Shown: positions 52,419-63,394 of the stretch, piece after piece | Position numbering within the stretch: position 1 is the stretch's first letter | Layout of the letters: the number at the start of each line of letters is the position of its first letter | DNA from: Octopus sinensis | Lineage: Eukaryota | DNA: 64,000 bases | Assembly: GCF_006345805.1 (NCBI RefSeq) | Contig: NC_043023.1 | Span: forward strand, 20,336,001 to 20,400,000 | Reading direction: 5' to 3' | The notes under the pieces: model-generated | Told to the model about the DNA's origin: nothing | Databases searched by the model: none | Seen by the model: only the letters and a program-made list of their open reading frames with translations | Position numbers and translations under genes: made by a program

Positions 52419-53361
52419 TATATATATAAAACTTGACTGCCAAATTCCCATTCAGTTCAAAATATATAGTTTTCAAAGTGACAACTAGTCACTGATTTAT
52501 AAATTAGAAAATTACTATTTCTAAATCTCACAATGAGAGATATTCAGCAACAGTACTTTGTAGTAAAGACTGTTTGCCAGCATAACAAGGCAGTCCTGGT
52601 TTAGGACGAATGCTGCCGTGTGGTAATTAGCTTGCTTTCCAACCACATGGTTCCAGGTTCAGTCCCACTGCGTGGTACCTCACGCAAGTGTCTTCTACTA
52701 TAGCCTCAGGCAAGCCAAAGCCTTGTGAGTGGATTTGGTAGACGGAAACTGAAAGAAGCCCGTCGTATATATGTATATATATGTGTATGTATATATATAT
52801 ATATGTGTGTGTGTATATGTTTGTGTGTCTGTGTTTGTTCCCCGCACCCCGACATCGCTTGACACCCAATGTTGGGGTGTTTACATCCCTGCGACTTAGC
52901 GGTTCAGCAAAAGAGTCCAATAGAATAAGCACTAGGCTTACAAAGAATAAGAACTAGAATCGATTTGTTTGACTAAACGCAGTGCTCCAGCATGGCCACA
53001 GTCAAATGACTGAAACAAATAAGGGTTTGCACGCCGTAACCAGATTTGATCCCAAGTCAGTGGGTGCTACTGATCTCCTCACCAGGCCTTCCTTCCTTGC
53101 CCAACCAAGGTCAGTGATAGCCAGCAGCATGTGTTTATTATTTCTTTGATTCTCTTACTTGTTTCAGCCACTCGACTACGGCCATGCTGGAGCACCACTT
53201 TTAGTTGAAGAAATTGACCCCTTAACTTAGTCTTTGTAAACCTAGTACTTATTCTATCAGTCTCCTTTTTTGCCAAACCACTCAGTTACGGGGAAGTAAA
53301 CGCACCAACATCATTTGTCAAGCGATGGGCTTCAGGGTGGGGACAAACACAGGCACACATA

Positions 53362-54675
53362 GGGTGGTGAGCTGGCAGAATCTTTAGCACGCTGGGTGAA
53401 GTGCTTAGCCGTATTTCGTCTGTCGTTACGTTCTGAGTTCAAATTCCGTCGAGGTAGACTTTGCCTTTCATCCTTTCGGAATCGATAAATTAAGTACCAG
53501 TTACGCATTGGGGTCGATATAATCGCCTTAATCCATTTGTATGTCCTTGTTTGTCCCCTCTGTGTTTAGCCCCTTGTGGGTAGTAAAGAATTAGGTATTT
53601 CGTCTGCCGTTACATTCTGAGTTCAAATTCCACCGAATTCGACTTTGCCTTTCATCCTTTCAGGGTCAATAAATTAAGTACCAGTTGCGTACTGGGGTCG
53701 ATATAATCGACTTAATCCGTTTGTCTGTCCTTGTTTGTCCCCTCTGTGTTTAGCCCCTTGTGGGTAGTAAAGAATTAGGTATTTCGTCTGCCGTTACATT
53801 CTGAGTTCAAATTCCACCGAGGTCGACTTTGCCTTTCATCCTTTCAGGGTCAATAAATTAAGTACCAGTTGCGTACTGGGGTCGATATAATCGACTTAAT
53901 CCGTTTGTCTGTCCTTGTTTGTCCCCTCTGTGTTTAGCCCCTTGTGGGTAGTAAGAATTAGGTATTTCGTCTGCCGTTACATTCTGAGTTCAAATTCCAC
54001 CGAATTCGACTTTGCCTTTCATCCTTTCAGGGTCAATAAATTAAGTACCAGTTGCGTACTGGGGTCGATATAATCGACTTAATCCGTTTGTCTGTCCTTG
54101 TTTGTCCCCTCTGTGTTTAGCCCCTTGTGGGTAGTAAAGAATTAGGTATTTCGTCTGCCGTTACATTCTGAGTTCAAATTCCACCGAGGTCGACTTTGCC
54201 TTTCATCCTTTCAGGGTCAATAAATTAAGTACCAGTTGCGTACTGGGGTCGATATAATCGACTTAATCCGTTTGTCTGTCCTTGTTTGTCCCCTCTGTGT
54301 TTAGCCCCTTGTGGGTAGTAAAGAATTAGGTATTTCGTCTGCCGTTACATTCTGAGTTCAAATTCCACCGAATTCGACTTTGCCTTTCATCCTTTCAGGG
54401 TCAATAAATTAAGTACCAGTTGCGTACTGGGGTCGATATAATCGACTTAATCCGTTTGTCTGTCCTTGTTTGTCCCCTTGTGGGTAGTAAAGAAATAGGT
54501 ATTTCGTCTGCCGCTATGTTCTGAGTTCAAATCCCGCCGAGGCCGACTTTGCCTTTCATCCTTTCGGAGCCGATTGATTAAGTACCAGTTACATATTGGG
54601 GTCGATATAATCGACTTAATCTCTTTGTCCTTGTTCGTCCCCTCTAGGTTTACCCCCTTGTGGCCAGTAAAGAAA
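53362..54675 (+). repeat. tRNA-headed SINE with 7-unit body array (184-bp period, dimeric higher order)
   Basis: Unit starts at 53411, 53595, 53779, 53962, 54146, 54330 and 54499; GAATTC and GAGGTC variants alternate. Confidence 0.9.
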
Positions 54676-55407
54676 TATATATACACACACACACAACGGG
54701 CTTTTTTCAGTTTCCATCTACCAGATCTTCTCACAGGACTTAGCCCAAGGCTGTAGTAGAAGACACCACTTTCCCAAGATGCCATGCAGTGGGACTGAAC
54801 CCAGAACCATGTGGTCGGTAATCAAGCTACTTACCACACAGCCATACCTGTGTGTGTTTTCTATAAACTTTGTCCTGAGGGGTAGGAAAAGACAGGCAAG
54901 GGCTGCTTTCTTTTTAAAGGGTTGTTTTTAATCATGTGACTTGTGACATTGAGAGGGGTTTGAGATTGGGAGACAAGGAGGTGGTGGTGGAGAAATTTGT
55001 GATTGCCGTGGTAATGTTTAATGTTTCGTTTGTAATGATGGTGGTGGTAGTGGTGGCGATGGTGGTGGAGTTGGTTGCCAGGGTAACGCGATACCTCTCT
55101 AGTAACCAGTTCCTCCCCTCCACTTCCCCCCTTGCTCTGCTTAATTACTCTAAGTCCCCCCACCGCCCCACCTTAGTGTTAATAAATTAAATCCGGGTTC
55201 TGGGTGGGGTCAACTTCCTTAATGTCATTTGCATCAGGATGTTGTGGATGTGGGGGAGGGGGTGAAGAGGTGGCCCGGGGTGTAAGGTGAGATCTACAGT
55301 AGCAGAGGTGTTGTGTGTGTGGCTATATATACACAAACCCATATGCAAACAAACATACGTGTGTGTGTGTGTGTTTGTGTCTATGTGTGTATATATATAT
55401 GTCTGTG

Positions 55408-55463
<56 letters not shown>

Positions 55464-56022
55464 TGTATAGGCGCAGGAGTGGCTGTGTGGTAAGTAGCTT
55501 GCTAACCAACCACATGGTTCCGGGTTCAGTCCCACTGCATGGCACCTTGGGCAAGTGTCTTCTACTATAGCCCCGGGCCGACCAAAGCCTTGTGAGTGGA
55601 TTTGGTAGATGGAAACTGAAAGAAGCCCATCATATATATATATATGTGTGTGTGTGTCTGTGTTTGTCCCCTCAGCATTGCTTGATAACCGATGCTGGTG
55701 TGTTTACGTCCCCGTCACTTAGCGGTTCGACAAAAGAGACCGATAGAATAAGTACTGGGCTTACAAAGAATAAGTCCTGGGGTCGATTTGCTTGACTAAA
55801 AGTGGTGCTCCAGCATGGTCACAGTCAAAATGACTGAAACAAGTAAAAGAGTAAAAGAGATATATATACACACACATATAGAATATGGGGGTTTAGTTCA
55901 GTGGTGATCTAGACGAACAGGTACGCTGGGTAAGTCCCTTATTTCCTTACTCTCTACCCTTCTATTTCGTTGCTTACTATCTGCGAATTTTCGTGTCTAG
56001 ATCTTTCATATATTCTTTACTT

Positions 56023-56097
56023 GCCTCTGATGATGGAATACCCTGTATTCAGGCATACTGCCGAGCACTTGGGATACCCCAGAAACGGCTGTAAGGC
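56023..56097 (+). ncRNA. Type I hammerhead ribozyme fold, intact core, sense to the host gene (family H4)
   Basis: GCCU-CUGAUGA-UGG...CCA-GAAA-C-GGCU-G-UA-AGGC; predicted cut after 56093 (GUA). Confidence 0.75.
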
Positions 56098-56399
56098 CTC
56101 ATCTAATTTAAGAATAATATCACGTGATCACATGACCGACCAGGCTGTCAGATGTTGCTACACATCGCTGGTCACAATGCGCTTCGCATTGTTTTAGCCT
56201 TCAAATGACTCCACCCCGCTGGCTAAGCGAGCAGGCCAACAGAAGAAAGAGCGAGAGAAATTTGCGGCGAAAGAGTACAGCTGGGATCCACCACTACCCC
56301 CTACCAGAGCCTCGTGGAGCTGGTTTGGGAATCGAAACCGCAATCCTACGATCACGAGTCCGCTGCCCTAACCACTGGGCCATTGCGCCCCTCTCTCTG

Positions 56400-56441
<42 letters not shown>

Positions 56442-56476
56442 ATCCCTCCCTCTCTCTCTCTCTCTCTCTCTCACTT

Positions 56477-56569
<93 letters not shown>

Positions 56570-56571
<2 letters not shown>

Positions 56572-56745
56572 AGGTGCATGGCTCAGTGGTTAGAGCGTTG
56601 AGCTTACGATCGTGAGGTTGTGAGTTCGATTCCCAGACCGGGCTGTGTGTTGTGTTCTTGAGCAAGACACTCTATTTCACATTACTGCAGTTAACTCATC
56701 TGTAGAAATGAGTTGCGATGTCACCGGTGCCAAGCTGTATCGGTC
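56570..56745 (+). mobile_element. tRNA-derived SINE (further family)
   Basis: GGCTCAGTGGTTAGAGC A box, GAGTTCGATTCC B box, then GTTCTTGAGCAAGACAC. Confidence 0.7.
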
Positions 56746-57077
56746 TGAGGCTATCGTAGAAGAGTTTTTGTCTAAGAAGTTCACTGGTAAGGTTTTGGCC
56801 TATCAGGGTTCGTAGCAGAACACACAAGTCCAAGGGGTCATGCAGTAAGGATTGAACTTGAAGTCATGTAGCTGGGATGCAAGTTACTTGACCAAGCAGC
56901 CACACCTACTCACCCCCACTTTAAGGGGGTGGCATTAGGAAAGGTATCTAACTGTAAATATCATGCCAGGACAGACAGACAGACTGGAAGCTGGGGCAGT
57001 CCTCTGGCTTCCCAGCCTCTGTCAAAACATCCAACCCATGCCAATATGGACACTAAAGGATAGTGATTTTATATAGA

Positions 57078-57472
57078 CTAGCAGTATCGCCCAGCGTTGC
57101 TCGGGTTTGTTTTGACCCTTTAGAAATGGAATTTTTGAAAAGTAAAAATTTTGCATTATGTAGCTTGTTATTCTCTTTAAGTGAACCTTTTTCTGGTTGA
57201 AATACACCGAAAAATGGTGACACAGCAGTCAAAATATCGTAAAAAATAGGGATTTTCATAGAAAAAAAAAAGCAATTTTTTGATGTAAATAATTTTTGGT
57301 GTTAACATGGTCCAATTTGAATTTTTTCTTCTACGGAAGGAAGAGCAAGCCTTCTTCTATCATACTCTCAATGTTGGTCAACTTGCGCCGCAGGGTCTCG
57401 GAGGAGATAGTGTTAGTTGATGGCTACCAAACCTGCCATAGACAGACAACTTCAGCTTTATATAGAGAGAGA
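57078..57472 (-). mobile_element. Non-autonomous Helitron
   Basis: Reverse-complement termini (CTAG at 57078, GA at 57471-57472); 5' fragment also at 15456-15510. Confidence 0.75.
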
Positions 57473-57484
57473 TTTGTGTGTGTG

Positions 57485-57518
<34 letters not shown>

Positions 57519-57679
57519 GGTGATGGTGTGGCTGTGTGGTGAGAAGCTTGCTTCCCAACCACATGGTTCCGGGTTCAGTCCCACTGTGTGGCACCTTGGG
57601 CAAGTGTCTTCTACTATAGCTTCAGGCCAACCAAAGCCTTGGGTTTGGATTTGATAGGCGGAAACTGAAAGAAGCCTGT

Positions 57680-57723
<44 letters not shown>

Positions 57724-58032
57724 ATGTGTGTCCTCTTGTCATTATTTGATAATTGATGTTAGTGTTGTTATCTTCCTGTAACTTAGCAGTTTGGCAAAAG
57801 AGATCGATAGAATAAGTTCTAAGGCTTACAAAGAATAAGCCTTGGAGTCAATTTCTTTGACTTAAAGGCAGTGCTCCAGCATGGCCGCAGTCAAATGACT
57901 GAAACAAGTACCACATCTGTTTGCAACCATTGCTATTAGTGTTGTTGTTGTAGTAGTAGTAGTAGAATTTTTTTTTGTCCTGTGACTTGTTACCCTGACT
58001 GAGAATTGAACCTGTGTCTTTCTTATTTGCAG

Positions 58033-58114
58033 TTATTTTGCTGAAGAAATCGATCTCTCTGGACTCCAAGTTGACGTGGCACTTCGCAAGTTTCAGTCTT
58101 CTTTCAGGATGCCC
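58033..58114 (+). CDS. IQSEC1: IQSEC Sec7 exon (82 nt): (D)YFAEEIDLSGLQVDVALRKFQSSFRMP
   Basis: TTTGCAG acceptor and CCC|GTAAGT donor. In frame with both neighbours; Sec7 motif leading into the glutamic finger. Confidence 0.93.
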
Positions 58115-58849
58115 GTAAGTTCAACCGTTGCTTTGTCTGTCTGGCTGTAGGGGGTGAGGGTACGTTGTGTGTGTGTGGGTGTGTGATGAAGTACTTTTGT
58201 GTGTATGTGCATAGATATATGTGTGTGTGTATATATACATGTGTATATGTATGTGTATATGTATACATATATGTGTATATGTGTGTGTATATATGTGTGT
58301 GTATATATGTGTGTGTATATATATGTGTGTATATATATGTATGTGTGTATATATATGTATATATGTATGTGTATGTATGTGTGTATATATATGTATGTGT
58401 ATATATGTGTGTATATATTTGTATATATATGTGTGTGTGTGTGTGTGTGTATTTGTATATATATGTGTGTGTGTATATGTATATATATATATGTTTGTAT
58501 ATATATATGTGTGTGTGTATATGTATATATATATATGTTTGTATATATATATGTGTGTGTGTATACATGTGTGTATGTATGTGCGTAGAGAGAGAGAGAG
58601 AGAGAGAGAGACCATTGCAGAGAGTGAATGAAATAAACTTGGAATGGAAAGATTGTATAATTAAAAAGCTCGTTAAAAACCATCTTGAACTGAATATTTA
58701 AATTTGTGAACTTTTGCTAAATAATTCCTTCGCTAATTAATCGCAGTCGTTTAGAAATAGGAAACCTTAAAATGGAGAGAGTGAAGGACTTGGCCCTTTT
58801 GACGTCAATCCAGGAAGTTGGCATTGAGAAACCTTTTTAAAGAAGTGAA

Positions 58850-60867
58850 TCATCATCGTTTAGGGGCCTCTTTCCCTGCTAGCATGGGTTTGACGGTTCT
58901 ACTGGGATCTGGGAAGCCAGGGGCTGCACCATGCTCCAGTCTGATCTGGCAGTTTCTACGGCTGGATGCCCTTCCTAACGCCAACCACTTCGCGAGTGTA
59001 GTGGGTGACTTTTATGTGCCACCAGCACGAGGGCCAGGCGAGGCTGGCAGCGGACACGAACGGATGGTGCTTTTTACGTGCCACCGGCACGAGGCCAGTC
59101 GGGGCGGCGCTGGCAACGGTCGCGAAACAGAAGGCTCTCTTACATGCCACCGGCACTGGTAACACATCTGCAATTTCTATTGATCGATTTCCATTCTGAT
59201 CCTCACTTGCCTCAACAGGAAGTTGGCTTTGAGAAACCCTTTTAAAGAATTGAATCATCATCATCGTTCAACGTCCGCTTTCCATGCTAGCATGGGTTGG
59301 ACGGTTCAACTGGGGTCTGGGAAGCCATGAGGCTGCGCCAGGCCCCAGTCTGATCTGGCAGTGTTTCTACGGCTGGATGCCCTTCCTAACGCCAACCACT
59401 CCGTAAGTGTAGTGGGTGCTTTTTACGTGCCGCCGGCACGGGGCCAGTCAGGCAGTACTGGCAACAGCCATGCCCAAATGGTGGGGTTTTTTTTACGTGC
59501 CGCCTGCACACCGGCACAAGTGCCACTATGGCGACGTTGGTTAACGATCAGGCTAGGCGACGCTGGTAGTTACATAGAAGTCAACCAACACGAAATCAAT
59601 GAGGAAATTCATCATCATCGTTTAACGTCCGTTTTCCATGCTGGCGTGGGTTGGACGGTTCAACTGGGGTCTGGGAAGCCAGGAGGCTGCACCAGGCCCA
59701 GTCTTATCTGGCAGAGTTTCTACAGCTGGATGCCCTTCCTAACGCCAACCACTCCGAAAGTGTAGTGGGTGCTTTTTACATGCTACCTGAACAGGTGCCA
59801 GACGGGGCTGGCAAACGGCCACGATCGGATGGTGCTTTTAACGTGCCACCCGAGGCTGGCAAACGGCCACGATCGGATGGTGCTTTTTACGTGCCACCCG
59901 CACAGGTGCCAGACGGAGCTGGCAAACGGCCACGATCGGATGGTGCTTTTTACGTGCCACCCGCACAGGTGCCAGACGGAGCTGGCAAACGGCCAGGATC
60001 GGATGGTGCTTTTTACGTGCCACCGTAACGGCCACGATCGGATGGTTCACTTAACCACAGCTGCAATTTCCATTGATGTTGATCGACTTTGATTTTGGTT
60101 CTGCTTTCTGATATCTGATTTGATTTGGTTTGATTTTGATTATGCTTTTCACTTGTCTCAACGGGTCTTCACAAGTGGAGTTTTGTGTCCCAAGGAGGAC
60201 ATAAATCATAAATATAAAACAATATTTTTAATTTTTAATTAAAAGGAAATCAAATGAAGACCCTATTATATGTCCGAGGTCAAATTATTTATGCATCGCA
60301 AGTATGGAAGTAATTGTGCTGAAAAGATTCTAGTTTTAAGGGGAGCACAAAAGGTCTAGCTGAAGGTCCAATCTTAAGAGTTTTTTTTTACAGGGCTTTG
60401 AAAATCTGAAGGACCGCTGCAGTAAGTGTATGGACCCAGGAGGGGAATATGTTGAATAAAATCATGATTAACTGATCCTCCTGTATTTTCTGTTACCCAA
60501 AGAAGGAACTTCTCAGCACCCCTTCCTATATAAAGTTATTTGTGTGTGTATATATCTCATGATCACGTGACCGACCAGACCATCAGATGTTGCTACACAT
60601 CGCTGGTCACAATGCGTTCGCATTGTTTTGGCCTTCGAATGACGCCACCCCGCTGGCTAAGCGAGCAGGCCAACAGAGGAAAGAGTGGGAGAAAGAGTGG
60701 TGAAAGAGTACAGCAGGGATCACCACCCCCTGCTAGAGCCTCGTGGAGCTTTTAGGTGTTTTCGATCAATAAACACACACAACGCCCGGTCTGGGAATCG
60801 AAACCGCGATCCTACAACCGCGAGTCCGCTGCCCTAACCATTGGGCCATTGCGCCTCTACGTTTGTG

Positions 60868-60899
<32 letters not shown>

Positions 60900-61410
60900 T
60901 ATATCATCATCGTTTAATGTCCGCTTTCCATGCTAGCATGGGCTGGACGATTTGACTGAGGACTGGTGAACCAGATGGCTGCACCAGACTCTGGCAAAGT
61001 TTCTACAGCTGGATGCCTTTCCTAACGCCAACCACTCCAAGAGTGTAGTGGGTGCTTTCATGTGCCACTGGCACGAGGGCTAGTCAGGCGGTACTGGCAA
61101 CAGCCACGCTCAAATGGTGTTTTTTTACATGACACCAGCACAGCACTGGCAACGACCTCACTCATATGTTTATTCATGGGCCACTGGCACAAGTGACGGT
61201 ACGGCGGCGCTGGTAACAATCACGCTCAAATGGTGCTTTTTGCTTGCCACCGGCACGGAAGCCAGTCAGCTGCTCTGGCAACGGTCCCGCTCGGATGGTG
61301 CTCTGAGCGCTCCACTCGCACAGATGCCAGTCATCGAATTTGCTTTGGATTTCACTTGCCTCAGCAGGTCTTCGCAAGCAGAGTTTAGTGTCCAATGAAG
61401 GAAAGGTACG
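58850..61410 (-). mobile_element. Cluster of four minus-strand RTE 3'UTR copies (58850-59220, 59255-59560, 59610-60200, 60903-61410)
   Basis: Reverse complements of 6208-6816; 63-bp internal tandem at 59770-60050. Confidence 0.85.
60380..60530 (+). mobile_element. Tc1/mariner transposase C-terminal relic
   Basis: FLQGFENLKDRCSKCMDPGGEYVE*; related pieces at 44750-44900 and 61480-61550. Confidence 0.55.
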
Positions 61411-61624
61411 CATAAGTGGGTGGGGTGGCGGCGTTGAAAAGTTCTTGGCTTTAAGGATATTATGAAAGGTCCTGTTGGAGGCCCAGTCTTCAGAATTCTG
61501 TTACAGGGATAGGAAAACTTGAAGGACCACTGTAATAAGTGTGTAAATACACCCTTGTATATACACCCACCTACACACACCTGTAGACTAATATAATGTT
61601 TCTTTTGACTTCTTCTTTCCCCAG

Positions 61625-61657
61625 GGTGAAGCACAGAAAATTGAAAAATTAATGGAA
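61625..61657 (+). CDS. IQSEC1: IQSEC Sec7 microexon (33 nt, phase 0-0): GEAQKIEKLME, carrying the catalytic Glu
   Basis: ttcttctttccccAG acceptor and GAA|GTAAGT donor. Completes the FRMP-GEAQKI Sec7 motif. Confidence 0.93.
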
Positions 61658-61983
61658 GTAAGTTTTCATAATTATTATTATTATTATTATTAATGACTTA
61701 TTATTTTTGACCAATTCTGAGGATACACCTGCAGTATAAAAGGGGCTCTCTACCCCCCTTTTTTAACCAGGCTCCCGTTGGCTTTTATGGGTTTTTTCCA
61801 CCAGGAACCTTTTCGTAACGCCTCCCCCTTTTGGGAGATTTTCATTGTTTCTGTCCAGGGGTTTAGCTGAGGTGAGAAGTCTGGTTGCGCAAGAAGATTG
61901 TTTTATTGATTCCTAAATGGATTTGAGTAAGAGGTTTATTGCCTCAAAATGGCTTTTGTATGTCATTAATTGCCTCCTTGATA

Positions 61984-62347
61984 ATTAAGTTAAGTTAATT
62001 TCTTGGCTCAAAAAGCAAAAGCAAGGCCATGTAGGGGGACACGGAGTTATGTACAGGGTGGTGGTCATGCAAAGAGTTCAGGCCACTTGTGGTTAAGGGA
62101 GACTTTGAACCGAGCGGTCGTTGGCATCTTCACTATCTCGTCCGGCAGCTTATTCCACGGATCCGCAACCCATACAGAGAAAGCCCCTCTCCTTCGATTG
62201 AGATGAGATCGTCGCAGATAGAGCTTTTCAGAGTGACCCCGCAGCCGACGCTCTGGAGCAGGAGTGAAGAACAGCTCTTTCGAGAGGTTACACTTTCCGC
62301 TTATGATGTTGTGAGCGAGAATGAGATCACCACGGCATCGTTGTTTT
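61984..62347 (-). mobile_element. CR1-like LINE 3' end
   Basis: RCRGDLILAHN...LRGHSEKLY...WNKLPDE; inverted relative to 30350-30712. Confidence 0.75.
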
Positions 62348-62707
62348 ACAATGTAAGAGGTTTGTTGCCTCAACATGTATTTATAAAGAACAACGTACCC
62401 GGGTAAACAGCAATTCGAGGGCATGACACCTTGGGCAAATATCTTCTACTATAGCCTCAGACCAACCAAAGCCCTGTGAGTGGATTTGGTAGAAGGAAAC
62501 TGAAAAGAAGCCTATCGTAAATATAGTATGCCTTTGTGCTTGACCTCCCATCATTACCTGACACCTGGTGTTGGTTTGTTTATGTCCCTGTAACTTAGCA
62601 GTTTGGCAAAAGGAGCTGATAGAATAAGTTCTGGGGTTGATTAGTTCAGGGTGGTGCCCCAGCATGACCACGATCCAGTGACTGAAACAAGTAAATGATA
62701 AAATGAT

Positions 62708-63130
62708 CTATCTCTCTATTTAACCACCACTACCACAATCCAATCCAATCGTGGCTCCCACCACTGAATAAGTAACATTTTGCTATTATATATATATATA
62801 TTTATCTGTTTAATCCCCCCTCCCCGACGAACCATGCCACTCTATATATTTATAATGTATTTCTCTCTATTTAACCACCACAATCCAATCCAATCGTGGC
62901 TCCCACCACTGAATAAGTAACATTTTACTATTATATATATATATATATATTTATATCTCGTTTTAATCCCCCCCCCCAACGAACTTCGCCATTTTATATT
63001 TATAATGTATTTCTCCCTATTTAACCACCACAATCCAATCCAATCGTGGCTCCCACCACTGAATAAGTAACATTTTGCTATTATAAACTCGCCACTGTAT
63101 TTATTTCTAACATATTTCTCTCTTTCTAAC
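62708..63130. repeat. ~150-bp tandem triplication upstream of the 63171 exon
   Basis: CACAATCCAATCCAATCGTGGCTCCCACCACTGAATAAGTAAC occurs three times. Confidence 0.85.
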
Positions 63131-63170
63131 CACCACCACCATCGTCCACTCCAACCACGACGACCACCAG

Positions 63171-63345
63171 GCATTTGCCCACCGCTACTGTATATGTAAC
63201 CCCGACCAAATCAAGAACTTCCGTAACCCCGACACCATCTTCCTGCTGGCCTTTGCCATAATCATGCTCAACACGGACCTTCACAACTCCAACATCAAGA
63301 GTGACAAACGCATGAAGCTGGAGGACTTTATCAAGAACCTCCGAG
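63171..63345 (+). CDS. IQSEC1: IQSEC Sec7 exon (175 nt): [58 protein letters not shown]
   Basis: CAG acceptor (63168-63170) and G|GTAAG donor. Contains the Sec7 motif [13 protein letters not shown]. The gene continues past the window. Confidence 0.95.
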
Positions 63346-63394
63346 GTAAGGACCACCACTCCTCTTCTTCATCTCCATACTGTTGTTGTTGTTG

